Positions 7,516-17,379 of a DNA stretch of 64,000 bases are shown piece by piece; positions within the stretch are counted from its first letter, which is position 1, and every line of letters starts with the position of its first letter. The position numbers and the translations under genes are program-made. The notes beneath the pieces were generated by a model, which saw only the letters and a list, made by a program, of their open reading frames with translations, did not search any database and had not been told where the DNA came from. Location: positions 160,001-224,000 of the forward strand of contig CAVYNY010000016.1 in NCBI GenBank assembly GCA_963769935.1, in the 5' to 3' direction. This DNA is from an uncultured delta proteobacterium. Its GTDB lineage: Bacteria > Desulfobacterota > Desulfobacteria > Desulfobacterales > JAFDCJ01.

Positions 7516-8898
7516 TTACAATACCAGAGATTTAATAAAATCCAGCAGTTGATTGAGGTTTTGGCAGGGTCGCACTTCGTCACAGCAGCTCTGGTAGGTG
7601 CGCATCTCACTGTCGCCCGAATACCAGAAATACTGAGTTTCCGGGTTCAACCAGATCACGCGCCGGGATTTTTCACGCATTTCCTCCAGAATTTGATCTT
7701 CAGGATTGCCATAATTGGTTCGGCCGTCGCCGATAATGATCAAAGTGGTCTTCTTATTGAGTATGTCCATATAATGCATTTTAAACTGGCGAAAAGTCAG
7801 ACCATAATCGGTGGCGGCATTGTATTCGATGTCGGCCTCCCGCAGTACCTTTGCAATAGCCTGGTTGATCTCAAAATCCTCAAAGACTTTGGTTACTTCA
7901 TCCAAACCGGCCACGAATACGAAACTGCGCACCTGGGTAAAGCACTCCTGCAGAGAATACAGCATGTTCAGCATGAATCTGGCCGCCGACCAGACCGAAC
8001 CCGAGACATCGCACAGGGTGACGATTTTGGTTTTACGCGGGGGCCGGTTGCGGAAAAAAAGCTCCACGGGAATACCCTGGTAACCGGCTGCCCGGCGCAG
8101 GGTCTTCTTGACATCCAGCGTACCTCTGTTTTTAACGGCATGGCGCCGGCCGGCAATGTCTTTGAGTTTGCGGACGAGCTGCTCGATAACTTCGCGCATG
8201 CCTTCCACTTCTTTTTTGGTCAGAGAAGCAAAATGGACTTCGCCGAGTCGTTCCAGATGCTGCTGATAGGAGCCAACCTCACGACGGTCATCACCAAAAG
8301 GACGGGGTTGCCCGGTAAGCAGACGGCGGGCGCTGGCCAGACGGGCCTCGAAAAGCGCCTTCAGATCCCGGCGAGTTTCCCAGTGCAGCCGATCCCGCTG
8401 TTCGGCCAGAAACAGCAACAGCGAATCTTCCAGAGCATTAATCTGCAGCATCAGTTCAAGACGCTGAATCATGGGTCCCAGGTTGGCGCCCATGCCGCCG
8501 CCTTTCCCGTCGCCTTCGAGAAAACCCTGCTGCAAGCGCTCAATAAACGACAGGGGATCGCCCCTTAAAAAATCAAGCAGGGCCTGGGCGGCGCCATTGC
8601 CGTTTTGTTCGGGGAACAAGGCTTGAAGCACCTCGCGAATCTGCTCGGACAGGGGATCGGCATGTGCAATACTAGGATCCTGGCGCAGTTCATGAAAAAA
8701 CAGCTCATACAGGCGGTCGAAGTGAAATTGCTCCCGCCGGCTTTTCGCAAAATTGGCCCGCAGCACCGCGGCAAACTGCGCCTCATCCAGTAGGTCGACC
8801 AGTTTAAGCTGTTTGAGACAATCGAGCACCTCGGAGGTGGAAATCCGGAGGCCGGCCGCACGGGCGATGGAGACGAATTTCAGCAGTAAATTTACCAT
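7516..8898 (-). CDS. VWA domain protein (CoxE-like)
   Basis: DVSGS MIDAS motif, TDYG, IIGDGRTNY, WLNPE; downstream of a MoxR ATPase. Confidence 0.88.
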   Translation of the reverse strand: MVNLLLKFVSIARAAGLRISTSEVLDCLKQLKLVDLLDEAQFAAVLRANFAKSRREQFHFDRLYELFFHELRQDPSIAHADPLSEQIREVLQALFPEQNGNGAAQALLDFLRGDPLSFIERLQQGFLEGDGKGGGMGANLGPMIQRLELMLQINALEDSLLLFLAEQRDRLHWETRRDLKALFEARLASARRLLTGQPRPFGDDRREVGSYQQHLERLGEVHFASLTKKEVEGMREVIEQLVRKLKDIAGRRHAVKNRGTLDVKKTLRRAAGYQGIPVELFFRNRPPRKTKIVTLCDVSGSVWSAARFMLNMLYSLQECFTQVRSFVFVAGLDEVTKVFEDFEINQAIAKVLREADIEYNAATDYGLTFRQFKMHYMDILNKKTTLIIIGDGRTNYGNPEDQILEEMREKSRRVIWLNPETQYFWYSGDSEMRTYQSCCDEVRPCQNLNQLLDFIKSLVL

Positions 8899-8954
8899 AG
8901 TCTTTATGCATTAAACTGCTCATATATAGTTAAAACCAACCACACCAACTTTTA

Positions 8955-9164
8955 AAATCACAAATCTCAAGCACCAAATTACAAATAAATTCCAATATTC
9001 AATGACCAAAACATTCACCACAAGCGCAGCTTATCGCTTCTAAAATCCCGGGGAGTTAGGGAATGATTCCATTGGGGGCAGTGGTAGGCGGATCGTTTGT
9101 TTGGATTTTTGAATTTGGCTCATTGAGATTTGTTTGGAATTTGGTTATTGGTGCTTGGAATTTT
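8955..9164. repeat. Periodic inverted-arm element (CAAAT.. / ..ATTTG) between MoxR and VWA genes
   Basis: Left arm AAATCACAAATCTCAAGCACCAAATTACAAATAAATTCC, right arm GATTTGTTTGGAATTTGGTTATTGGTGCTTGGAATTT; a right-arm-like copy also at ~12245-12281. Confidence 0.6.
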
Positions 9165-9280
9165 CATGTTTTTCATAAGGCAGGCAATTTTCACAAAATA
9201 AGTCAATTGCTTTTTTAGGTGACGCAGTCCTGGCCTCGACAGTTAATAGAAATAGACAGAATACCTTAATTTTAGGCATC

Positions 9281-10204
9281 TTAGACCATTTTGGGCATTT
9301 CCAATATCTTCCCCATCTTCTCCATCACCTGTTTCACATCAGTCCGGTATTTGCATATAACATTGAGGGTGTCGGTAATGACCTCGGGGCTTAACTCTTC
9401 AACCTGCAGGGCGATCAGAGATTGGGCCCAGTCCAGGGTCTCAGATATACAGGGTTTCTTTTTTAAATCCAGTTCGCGGATTTTGCGAATGGCGCCCACC
9501 AGCTGTCCGGCCAATCGATCTTTTATCTGCGGAATCTTCAGTTTTACGATTTGCAGCTCGAGCTCGCGTTCGGGGTAATCGATGTAAAGATGGATACATC
9601 TTCTTTTAAGCGCATCACTCATGTCCCGGGAATCATTGGATGTCAGAAAAACAAAGGGAATGTTCCTGGCCTTGCGGGTGCCCAGCTCCGGGATAGACAC
9701 CTGGAAATCACTTAATATTTCCAATAAAAAGGCTTCAAACTCCGGATCGGATTTATCCACCTCGTCTATTAGAAGCACGGCGGGCTCTTCCGATTCGATG
9801 GCCTGCAGGAGCGGACGGGGCTGGATAAAGCGCTCCGAAAAAAAAGCATCTTCCTGGGATGCAATCCGGTCAACGGCATCCGACAGGGAATGGGCCCCGG
9901 TAATCACATCGTCGATTTTCCCTTTTACCATCTGCGTGTAAAGCAGCTGTTTGGCATACTCCCACTCATAGAGGGCTTTGGCTTCATCCAGCCCTTCGTA
10001 GCATTGAAGCCGGATTAATTGGCGCTCCAGGCTTCGGGCCACGGCTTTGGAAAGCTCGGTTTTGCCCACCCCCGCCGGCCCCTCAACCAGAACCGGTTTG
10101 CGGGTGGCCTGGGCCAGAAAGACAACCGTGGCAATGGTCTTGGAACAGATGTATTCGGCTTTCTCCAGTTCGGCTTTGACATGCTCGACGTTTTTAAATT
10201 CCAT
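9281..10204 (-). CDS. MoxR family AAA+ ATPase (CoxD-like)
   Basis: EGPAGVGKT, RLQCYEGLD, LLIDEVDK, DALKRRC. Confidence 0.92.
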   Translation of the reverse strand: MEFKNVEHVKAELEKAEYICSKTIATVVFLAQATRKPVLVEGPAGVGKTELSKAVARSLERQLIRLQCYEGLDEAKALYEWEYAKQLLYTQMVKGKIDDVITGAHSLSDAVDRIASQEDAFFSERFIQPRPLLQAIESEEPAVLLIDEVDKSDPEFEAFLLEILSDFQVSIPELGTRKARNIPFVFLTSNDSRDMSDALKRRCIHLYIDYPERELELQIVKLKIPQIKDRLAGQLVGAIRKIRELDLKKKPCISETLDWAQSLIALQVEELSPEVITDTLNVICKYRTDVKQVMEKMGKILEMPKMV

Positions 10205-10591
10205 TAAAGAAGTCCTCACCGCCTAAACTCTCTGAATTTCTGCAACTAATTTTGTCAGGCACGGGTATTTGCTTCAATCCCGGACTATGACTGGTTGCCC
10301 TGTTGGCCCGTGTCGGCAAACCGGCAAACCGGTTGACCGGCTAACCGGCAACTTATATACCACAGCGGCATGTCCAAGTACACCGATAAGTACGAACATG
10401 CGCGCAACAGCGATTCTTGGCCGGCACATGCCGATAATTTAGCTAAGACCCGGATATTATGTTACTAAAAAATCCTCAATTTCAACCAATTAAAGAAATT
10501 CCGAGTCGTTTGCCCTTGCTATCTTGGCTGGCTGGATTTAAACTGCTCCCGCATTGAAAATTTATGTGAATTCCGCATACGGGAGATCACA

Positions 10592-12244
10592 ATGTTGACT
10601 AAAAGAAAGCTGCATCATCTGAAAAGCGAAATGCTGGTTGCCAATTTTCTGGCAAACCTTATCGGCGTATTCGCCGTAAACGCCCTGATGTTTCTCGGAG
10701 AAGGATTTACGAATAAAAAACTATGGGACCATGCCGTCCCCTTTTGGATCGATACGTTTTTTACTCCCTTTGCGTTCACCTTCGTATGCGTGATGACATT
10801 GCGGTATGAAAGACCGATTCGGCGCTACTTGACGGCCATCTATAAACAGGCACCGATCCCCGATGATCTTGCAAGCACCGCCCGCCAGAAGCTGCTCAAC
10901 GAGCCGTTTGTTCTGATCACCTATGATTTCAGTATGTGGCTGCTGTCCGCCATCGTTTATCCCCTTCTGCACTGGATCTATAACTCGGGATCAACCATGA
11001 TTCAGAGTTCTCTTTACCATGGCCTGAGTAGCGGCATCATCACCATCACGGTTGCCTTCTTTTTGCTGGAGCATATTTTACAGAAAAAACTGGCACCTTA
11101 CTTTTTCCCCGAAGGCGGACTGTATGCCGTACCCAAAACACTGCGAATAAGAATCCGCACCCGGCTGGGCGCCCTGTTGTTTGCCTGCAATTTAATACCC
11201 TTGTTGTCAATCATCCTGGTGACGCACCTTGTCGTCGGAAGTACTTCCGACACCGCTGTTGCGCTGGATAAACTTCGCAAGGCAATTATCACCAATGCCG
11301 TCATCTTTATCCTTGCGGGTGTCTATTTAATCGGCCTGGTCAGCCGGAATCTGACGATGCCTTTTCGGGAAATCATTCAGACGCTGCAGGGCGTCCGGAA
11401 TGGAATGTTCGATAAAAAGGTCCAGGTTACGAGCAATGACGAGATCGGATACACGGGGGACGTCATCAATGAGATGACCGAAGGTCTCAGGGAACGCGAC
11501 CGCATCCGCCGATCGCTGGGCATTGCCATGGAAGTCCAGCAGCACCTGCTGCCGCGCCAGGCACCAAAAATTGAAGGCCTCGATATAGCCGGCCAAAGCC
11601 TGTACTGTGAGGAAACCGGCGGCGATTACTTTGATTATTTGCCGATCGGGCAAAACGGTCAACGTAAAATTAAAATTATGGTCGGAGATGTCTCAGACCA
11701 TGGGATTGCTTCGGCCCTGCTGATGACCACCGCCCGGGCCTTCCTGCGCCAGCGGGCATCACGGAAAGGCAACCTCAACCAAATCATAACGGATGTCAAC
11801 CGCCAGTTGTCAAGGGATGTGGAAGACTCCGGCCGCTTTATGACCTTGTTTTTCTGTGAAATCGACGGCCGGATGAAATCCATTCGCTGGGTGAACGCCG
11901 GCCATGACCCGGCTGTTATTTTTGATCTGAACGGCGGCGGATTTGAAGAACTCGCAGGTCACGCCCTGCCCTTGGGTGTCTCTGACAAAGCACCCTACCA
12001 GGAATTTCAGCGGCGGCTTCTGCCGGGACAGATCGTTTTAATCGGTACCGATGGAATCTGGGAAACTCAAAACGCCCGGGGCCAAATGTTCGGCAAAAAG
12101 CGCTTCCGGGATGTCGTCCGCTCCCAGGCCCGACAGCCGGCGGCGGGTATCCTGCAGGCGGTGATCGCAGCGCTCGATGACTTCTGCCATCCTCTGGCAA
12201 AAGAGGACGATGTAACGCTGGTGGTCGTCAAGATCGAAGAATAG
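10592..12244 (+). CDS. Membrane HAMP + PP2C/SpoIIE-type Ser/Thr phosphatase
   Basis: Multiple TM helices, DEIG HAMP, GGDYFD, GDVSDHG, NAGH, TDGIWE, DDVT. Confidence 0.9.
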   Translation: MLTKRKLHHLKSEMLVANFLANLIGVFAVNALMFLGEGFTNKKLWDHAVPFWIDTFFTPFAFTFVCVMTLRYERPIRRYLTAIYKQAPIPDDLASTARQKLLNEPFVLITYDFSMWLLSAIVYPLLHWIYNSGSTMIQSSLYHGLSSGIITITVAFFLLEHILQKKLAPYFFPEGGLYAVPKTLRIRIRTRLGALLFACNLIPLLSIILVTHLVVGSTSDTAVALDKLRKAIITNAVIFILAGVYLIGLVSRNLTMPFREIIQTLQGVRNGMFDKKVQVTSNDEIGYTGDVINEMTEGLRERDRIRRSLGIAMEVQQHLLPRQAPKIEGLDIAGQSLYCEETGGDYFDYLPIGQNGQRKIKIMVGDVSDHGIASALLMTTARAFLRQRASRKGNLNQIITDVNRQLSRDVEDSGRFMTLFFCEIDGRMKSIRWVNAGHDPAVIFDLNGGGFEELAGHALPLGVSDKAPYQEFQRRLLPGQIVLIGTDGIWETQNARGQMFGKKRFRDVVRSQARQPAAGILQAVIAALDDFCHPLAKEDDVTLVVVKIEE

Positions 12245-12434
12245 ATTTATTTGTAATTTGGTGTTTGAGATTTGGAATTTTATTTTCCTAAAAAACCTTC
12301 TGAGGCAACCAGCTTTGAACTTATACTGACCTTACAGTGGGCTGTCTCAAAAACTATTGATTATCAAAGAAGTTTGCATTAAATATAAAATTCTTTTGTA
12401 ATCATTTGAAACGCAACTAAAGTCAGGAGGAGAA

Positions 12435-13091
12435 ATGGACAACCCGATTGAAAACTACTGGAAGTTGAGGCTGGTTGATCTGAAGACCGCTCTGGAATCC
12501 AATAACTTTGACGTCTACCTGGCAGACGACTGCCAGGCGGCGTGCCGGACCGTGCTGGAAGACATCATGCCCAAAATAAAAGCCAGGTCTGTATCCTGGG
12601 GCGGTTCCGTGACGTTTCAGGTTGCCACCGGACTGTATGAGCGGCTGAAAGAAAGTCCGGATCTGGAGGTGCTGGACACCTATGACAAGAATATCTCCAA
12701 TGAGCAAAAACTGGAGCTGCGCAGGCAGGCGCTGCTGGTTGATCTTTTTATCACCGGCACCAACGCGATTACGGAAAGCGGACAGCTGGTGAACCTGGAT
12801 ATGATCGGCAACCGCATAGGCGGCCTGACCTTTGGCCCAAAGTGGGTGATCCTGCTGGTCGGTCGCAACAAACTGGTTGCAAATCTGGATGAAGCCATGT
12901 ACCGGATTAAAAATTATACCGCCCCGACCAACGCCATGCGCCTGGACCAAAAAACGCCATGTGTGAAGACTTCCTTTTGCGAGGAGTGCAAAAGCCCTGG
13001 TCGCATCTGCAACACGTGGACCATCACCGAAAAGTCCTTTCCAAAAGGAAGGGTCAAGGTTGTGTTAATCAATGAAGATCTGGGATTATAA
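12435..13091 (+). CDS. LUD domain (lactate utilization/YkgG-like) protein
   Basis: GTNAITESGQLVNLDMIGNR, VGRNK, C-terminal Cys cluster PCVKTSFCEEC..RIC. Confidence 0.8.
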   Translation: MDNPIENYWKLRLVDLKTALESNNFDVYLADDCQAACRTVLEDIMPKIKARSVSWGGSVTFQVATGLYERLKESPDLEVLDTYDKNISNEQKLELRRQALLVDLFITGTNAITESGQLVNLDMIGNRIGGLTFGPKWVILLVGRNKLVANLDEAMYRIKNYTAPTNAMRLDQKTPCVKTSFCEECKSPGRICNTWTITEKSFPKGRVKVVLINEDLGL

Positions 13092-13139
13092 ATTTGGCAA
13101 ACTTTAACCTTAACCTTAAATAATGACGGAGGCAGAAAG

Positions 13140-13532
13140 GTGAAAATTCTCGTAGGATATGACGGTTCCGCTGTTTCCCGGGAGGCCATCGCACTGGCCG
13201 CGGAGCATGCGAATGCTTTTAAAGCCGAAATCATCATCGTTCGTTCGATGGTCGGCGGCCCGGAAGTCCCACGCAAGGATTTCGAGGACGCTGAAAATGG
13301 TTTGGAATATGAAAAAAACCGGCTGCTGGACAGAAAAATCCCATGTGAATCAATTTTATCGGTGCGGGGAATGGAAGCCGGCGAGGATCTGGTTCGGTTT
13401 GCCGAAGAAAACAAAGCGGAAGAAATCATCATCGGCGTGCGCCGGCGGTCCAAGGTCGGCAAATTGCTGTTCGGCTCCACCGCCCAGTATGTGATCCTGA
13501 ATGCGGCCTGCCCGGTGGTTTCGGTTAAGTAA
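13140..13532 (+). CDS. Universal stress protein
   Basis: KILVGYDGS and GVRRRSKVGKLLFGSTAQYVILNAACPV. Confidence 0.92.
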   Translation: MKILVGYDGSAVSREAIALAAEHANAFKAEIIIVRSMVGGPEVPRKDFEDAENGLEYEKNRLLDRKIPCESILSVRGMEAGEDLVRFAEENKAEEIIIGVRRRSKVGKLLFGSTAQYVILNAACPVVSVK

Positions 13533-13539
13533 GGTTTCA

Positions 13540-13724
13540 GGTGTCAGCCCAGCCGCCGGCCAAAACAACGGCCGGTCTGATCGAAAAAGAAACATAATAG
13601 TTCACCGCAGAGCCCGCAGCCTCCGGCCCATAGGGCCTACGCCCCGGTGGGAGAACGCCGAGAAAGAAAAGTTAAATTAATCTCTGCGCTCTCTGCGCTC
13701 TCAGCGGTGAGACACTTCGTAAAA
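13540..13724 (+). repeat. ~180-bp composite dispersed repeat, copy 1
   Basis: GGTGTCAGCC..GGCCGGTCTGATCGAAAAAGAAACATAATAGTTCACCGCAGAG..GGCCCATAGGGCCTACGCCCCGGTGGGAGAACGCCGAG..CTCTGCGCTCTC..GCGGTGAG; near-identical at 42561-42743. Confidence 0.85.
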
Positions 13725-13912
13725 ATGGCATCGAATTTAAGGAAGTTTCATATAAGGTGTCCGGTGTCGGCCCAGCCTCTATTGGCCGAAGGCGGTCGGT
13801 TTGATCGAAATAGAGACACTATAAAAAGCAAATGGCTGAGGCATCCGGAGGCGGATAACCATTCTACATTCTTCATTCGTCAATAGTCATTCATTTTTGC
13901 GGGAGGCAAATT

Positions 13913-14602
13913 TTGGCAGTATCGTTTGTATGGTTCGACATAGGCTACACCCTGCTGTACATGCAGCGCGAAGTTACCTACCGGCAGGCCCTGAAAGATT
14001 TCGGTCTGGATATCTCCCTGAAAGGTATCGAGCGTGAATTTCATCTGACGGACAAATTGTTCATGCGCGAATACCCGGGCATGTTTTTAAAGCCCCGCAA
14101 AGTTTACATGCCGTCTTACCTGGGCATTGTAAATTATCGTCTGGGGGTGAACCTGGACGTGTGCGAGCTGGATGCCCGCTGGGAGGAGATCAAGCAAAAT
14201 ACGGATCCTTACTGGCTGCCTTTTGAAGGCGTCAAGGAAGTCCTCGACGAGCTGAAGCACCGATCGATCGGAAGGGGAATTATCTCAAACTGGGACTGGA
14301 CGGCCAGGGATGTGCTAACCGCCGCCGGATTGATCGACTACTTCGATCATCTGATAATTTCCTCAGAGGTGGACTGCAATAAGCCGGACTCCCGGATCTT
14401 TAATTTAGCGATGCAAACCGCCTCAGTAAGCGCCCGGGAATGCGTTTATGTCGGCGACAATTATTATGACGATGCCGTCGGCAGCCACGGAGTGGGGATG
14501 GAGGCCCTGATTATCAACCGCTTCGGCTTCCTGGGCATCGAAGAAATTAACGGTTGCAGGATCATTCATCATATCTCGGAAATCTTGGATCATATCGAGT
14601 AA
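13913..14602 (+). CDS. HAD superfamily hydrolase
   Basis: FDIGYTL motif I, ISNWD, KPD, YVGDNYYDD. Confidence 0.88.
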   Translation: MAVSFVWFDIGYTLLYMQREVTYRQALKDFGLDISLKGIEREFHLTDKLFMREYPGMFLKPRKVYMPSYLGIVNYRLGVNLDVCELDARWEEIKQNTDPYWLPFEGVKEVLDELKHRSIGRGIISNWDWTARDVLTAAGLIDYFDHLIISSEVDCNKPDSRIFNLAMQTASVSARECVYVGDNYYDDAVGSHGVGMEALIINRFGFLGIEEINGCRIIHHISEILDHIE

Positions 14603-14637
14603 GGAATCATGGTCCCGAGGCCCCGCCGAGGGTAGGG

Positions 14638-14685
14638 TTTGACTTCACCCCCGAGGGGTGGTTTCGGACGTCAGATAATCCATGG
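14638..14685 (+). promoter_or_regulatory. 48-bp conserved leader motif, copy 1 (upstream of PanK-like gene)
   Basis: 38/48 ungapped identity with 16395-16442. Confidence 0.55.
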
Positions 14686-14770
14686 CCTTCAACCACGGCA
14701 AGGCCTGTTATCTATGACCTGATCCAGAGGACCAAACTTTCAAGTTAGAGTGATCAGGGAATGAGGATGC

Positions 14771-15595
14771 ATGCGCAGTTTTTCGGACAAGATCATCATC
14801 GCCATTGATCGAGGAGCCTCTTTTACGGATTTCGGCGTCGTCGGCCCCGGTGGATTTGAAAAAACCTTAAGCCTTGAAAAACGGGATTGGAAAACCATCG
14901 TTGGAATCTATGAGGATCTGAACGCAGCGTATCGGACCGACCACGCTGTATTCTCGGGATGTGCCACCGGCATGCCGGATGACATGCAGGCCCGCACCAG
15001 CATCATCGCTGAAATTGACGCCATCGGGTTCGGCGGCGCCGCCCTGGCCGACTGCAGCGATTGTATCGTGGTCAGCATGGGCACCGGCAGCGCCATTGTC
15101 CACTTTGCCGATCACCGGGCCAGGCATGTGGGCGGTACCGGCGTGGGGGGCGGCACCATCAAGGGACTGGCCTCCCTGATATGCGGTTCGGATGATCCCT
15201 TGGAAATAGAAGCCCTGGCCTTAAAAGGCAATGCGTCCAAGACGAGTCTGACCATTGCTGATCTGGGCTATGAAGAAATCAGTTTTTTGGGGGCGGACAT
15301 GACGGCCAGCAACTTTGGCCGGGTTCAAACAAATTCGAGAGAGGATCTGGCGGCCGGCATCTTGCGTCTGGTGGGAGAAACGGTCGGAATTATTGCCTCA
15401 ATTTGTGCCCGGGAATCCAACTGCCGGGATCGCATCGTCATGGTCGGCAAAGTAGCCGGCAACCGCTTCATCCGGCAGGTTTTGGAGCTGGTAGGCAACC
15501 TGTACGGGACAAAATTTCTTTTCCCGGAGCATCCCGGATTTGCAACAGTTTACGGTGCGGCCTTAAAATATCGCTACGATCGGGAAGCAACGTGA
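14771..15595 (+). CDS. Type II pantothenate kinase-like (CoaW/Fumble, ASKHA) protein
   Basis: IDRGASFT, EIDA..GG, SMGTG, HVGGTGVGGGTIKGL, TASNFG, ATVYGA. Confidence 0.75.
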   Translation: MRSFSDKIIIAIDRGASFTDFGVVGPGGFEKTLSLEKRDWKTIVGIYEDLNAAYRTDHAVFSGCATGMPDDMQARTSIIAEIDAIGFGGAALADCSDCIVVSMGTGSAIVHFADHRARHVGGTGVGGGTIKGLASLICGSDDPLEIEALALKGNASKTSLTIADLGYEEISFLGADMTASNFGRVQTNSREDLAAGILRLVGETVGIIASICARESNCRDRIVMVGKVAGNRFIRQVLELVGNLYGTKFLFPEHPGFATVYGAALKYRYDREAT

Positions 15596-16329
15596 CCCTG
15601 AAAATTACAACCATCGGCTGGTGGGGAGCCTATCCCGAAGCCAATGAGGCAACCTCCGGGTATCTGTTGCAATCGGAGGACGTGAACATCCTCATTGATT
15701 GCGGATCGGGGGTGCTGTCTCACCTGCAAAACTATATCGAACTGCAGCATTTAGATGCGGTTGTGTTGTCCCACTATCACTGGGATCATGTGGCGGACAT
15801 CGGATGTTTACAGTATGCCGCCCGAATTTTAATGGATCTGGGCAAACGCCAAAAACCGCTGGCAATCTATGGCCACGCCGAAGATGAAAATTTAGACGGC
15901 CTGGATTACCTGCAGTACAGCAAGGGGCACGCCATCGATCCGCGAACACCCCTCCAGCTGGGACAATTGACATTTAGTTTCTGCCGCAATGTTCATCCGG
16001 ATCCCTGTTTTTCAATCCGGATTGACAGCGGATCCAATTCCTTGGTTTATATTTCAGACACCGCCTGGACCGATGACCTGATTGAAATCGCGCATGGGGC
16101 CGATTTACTCATCTGTGAATCAAGCCTGTACGATGAGTACCGGGGAAGGATACCCGGGCATTTGACGGCCGGTGAAGCAGGCCAGATTGCCGCCGCGGCC
16201 GGTGCCGGACACCTTGTCCTGACACATTTGCCTCATTTTGGTGATCATGCCATGCTGTTAAAACAGGCAGCTGTCAAATTCAGCGGTAAATTAGAACTGG
16301 CAGCCACCGGGAAGGTCTGGCACGTGTAA
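15592..16329 (+). CDS. MBL-fold metallo-hydrolase (RNase Z/YhfI-like)
   Basis: GTG overlapping upstream TGA; DCGSG, SHYHWDH, YISDT, ICES, GHLT, LTHL. Confidence 0.85.
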   Translation: MTLKITTIGWWGAYPEANEATSGYLLQSEDVNILIDCGSGVLSHLQNYIELQHLDAVVLSHYHWDHVADIGCLQYAARILMDLGKRQKPLAIYGHAEDENLDGLDYLQYSKGHAIDPRTPLQLGQLTFSFCRNVHPDPCFSIRIDSGSNSLVYISDTAWTDDLIEIAHGADLLICESSLYDEYRGRIPGHLTAGEAGQIAAAAGAGHLVLTHLPHFGDHAMLLKQAAVKFSGKLELAATGKVWHV

Positions 16330-16394
16330 GTAAAGAATCCTGGCCCGGCTTCCGGCTCGTAGAGCCTACAGCTCGGAGAGAGGAAGGGTCACGC

Positions 16395-16442
16395 TTTGAC
16401 TTCACCCCGGAGAGGTGGTGTTTGCAGTCACATAACTCATGG
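16395..16442 (+). promoter_or_regulatory. 48-bp conserved leader motif, copy 2 (upstream of ABC permease)
   Basis: 38/48 ungapped identity with 14638-14685. Confidence 0.55.
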
Positions 16443-17379
16443 AATAAAGGATACCCCCATCATACTATTCGCTCTCAGAAGATTCGGCCGCCTGATATTA
16501 ACGGTTTTACTCATCTCGACGATTGTATTTATCGTGATCCGAGTGATACCGGGCGATCCGGCCCTGGTGGTTGCGGGAATCGATGCCTCACAGGCAGACA
16601 TTGATGCCATCCGCGTCAAACTGGGAACCGATAAACCGGTTGGGGCTCAGTATGTCCGGTGGCTCTGGGACGTTTTGCGCTTTGATTTCGGAAATTCCAT
16701 GATCTCCGGCCAGCCGGTAACCCGCCTGATTTTAGAACGCTTCCCGCTGACTCTATCCCTCGCCTTGCTGGGCATCATCATCTCCATAATTTTTGCCATC
16801 CCGTTGGGCGTGATTTCCGCAGTTAAGCGCTGGTCGTTATGGGATTATCTGGGCATGCTTTTTTCGCAAATCGGGATGGCCGTCCCGAGTTTCTGGCTGG
16901 GCATACTTTTGCTTCTCTTATTCTCGGTAAAAATCAAGCTTTTCCCTCTGTTTGGTTCCGGCTCCCTTAAGCATCTGATCCTGCCGGCGGTCTCCCTGGG
17001 GATAGCCAGAGCGGCCGTACTTTTACGCCTGACACGGGCCTCCATGACCGAGGAACTCAGCAAGGAATATGTCGTTACCGCCAGATCCAAAGGACTGACC
17101 GAACGGATGGTCAACTACAAGCACGCTTTGAAAAACGCCCTGCTGCCGGTCATCACGATTGCCGGCATCCAGCTGGGCTACATGCTGGGCGGCGCGATCA
17201 TCATCGAACAGGTGTTTTCTTTGCCCGGGTTGGGCAGGCTTTTTCTGTTCGGTGTCTACCAGCGGGACTTCCCGTTGGTACAGGGCGGTGTGGTTTTTGT
17301 GGCCTTTATCTTTTCATTTATCAATTTCGCGGTTGACATGTTGTACAGCCTGTTAAATCCCAGAATAAGGATCAGCTGA
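16396..17379 (+). CDS. Peptide/nickel ABC transporter permease (DppB/OppB-like); real start probably near 16459
   Basis: PGDPA, DFGNS, PSFWLG, TARSKGL, KHALKNA, LNPRIR; start codon uncertain. Confidence 0.88.
   Translation: MTSPRRGGVCSHITHGIKDTPIILFALRRFGRLILTVLLISTIVFIVIRVIPGDPALVVAGIDASQADIDAIRVKLGTDKPVGAQYVRWLWDVLRFDFGNSMISGQPVTRLILERFPLTLSLALLGIIISIIFAIPLGVISAVKRWSLWDYLGMLFSQIGMAVPSFWLGILLLLLFSVKIKLFPLFGSGSLKHLILPAVSLGIARAAVLLRLTRASMTEELSKEYVVTARSKGLTERMVNYKHALKNALLPVITIAGIQLGYMLGGAIIIEQVFSLPGLGRLFLFGVYQRDFPLVQGGVVFVAFIFSFINFAVDMLYSLLNPRIRIS

Noticed and set aside
7549..8568. Long antisense ORF (339 aa); similarly 31774-32850, 41149-42189, 26862-27611
   Set aside because: They overlap well-supported genes, have no recognisable motifs and are expected shadows of GC-rich coding sequence.
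16396..16460. Non-standard start codon for the DppB-like permease
   Set aside because: Likely start region reads ATC/ATA after AAGGA; cannot distinguish an atypical start from a base error, so not promoted to a finding.
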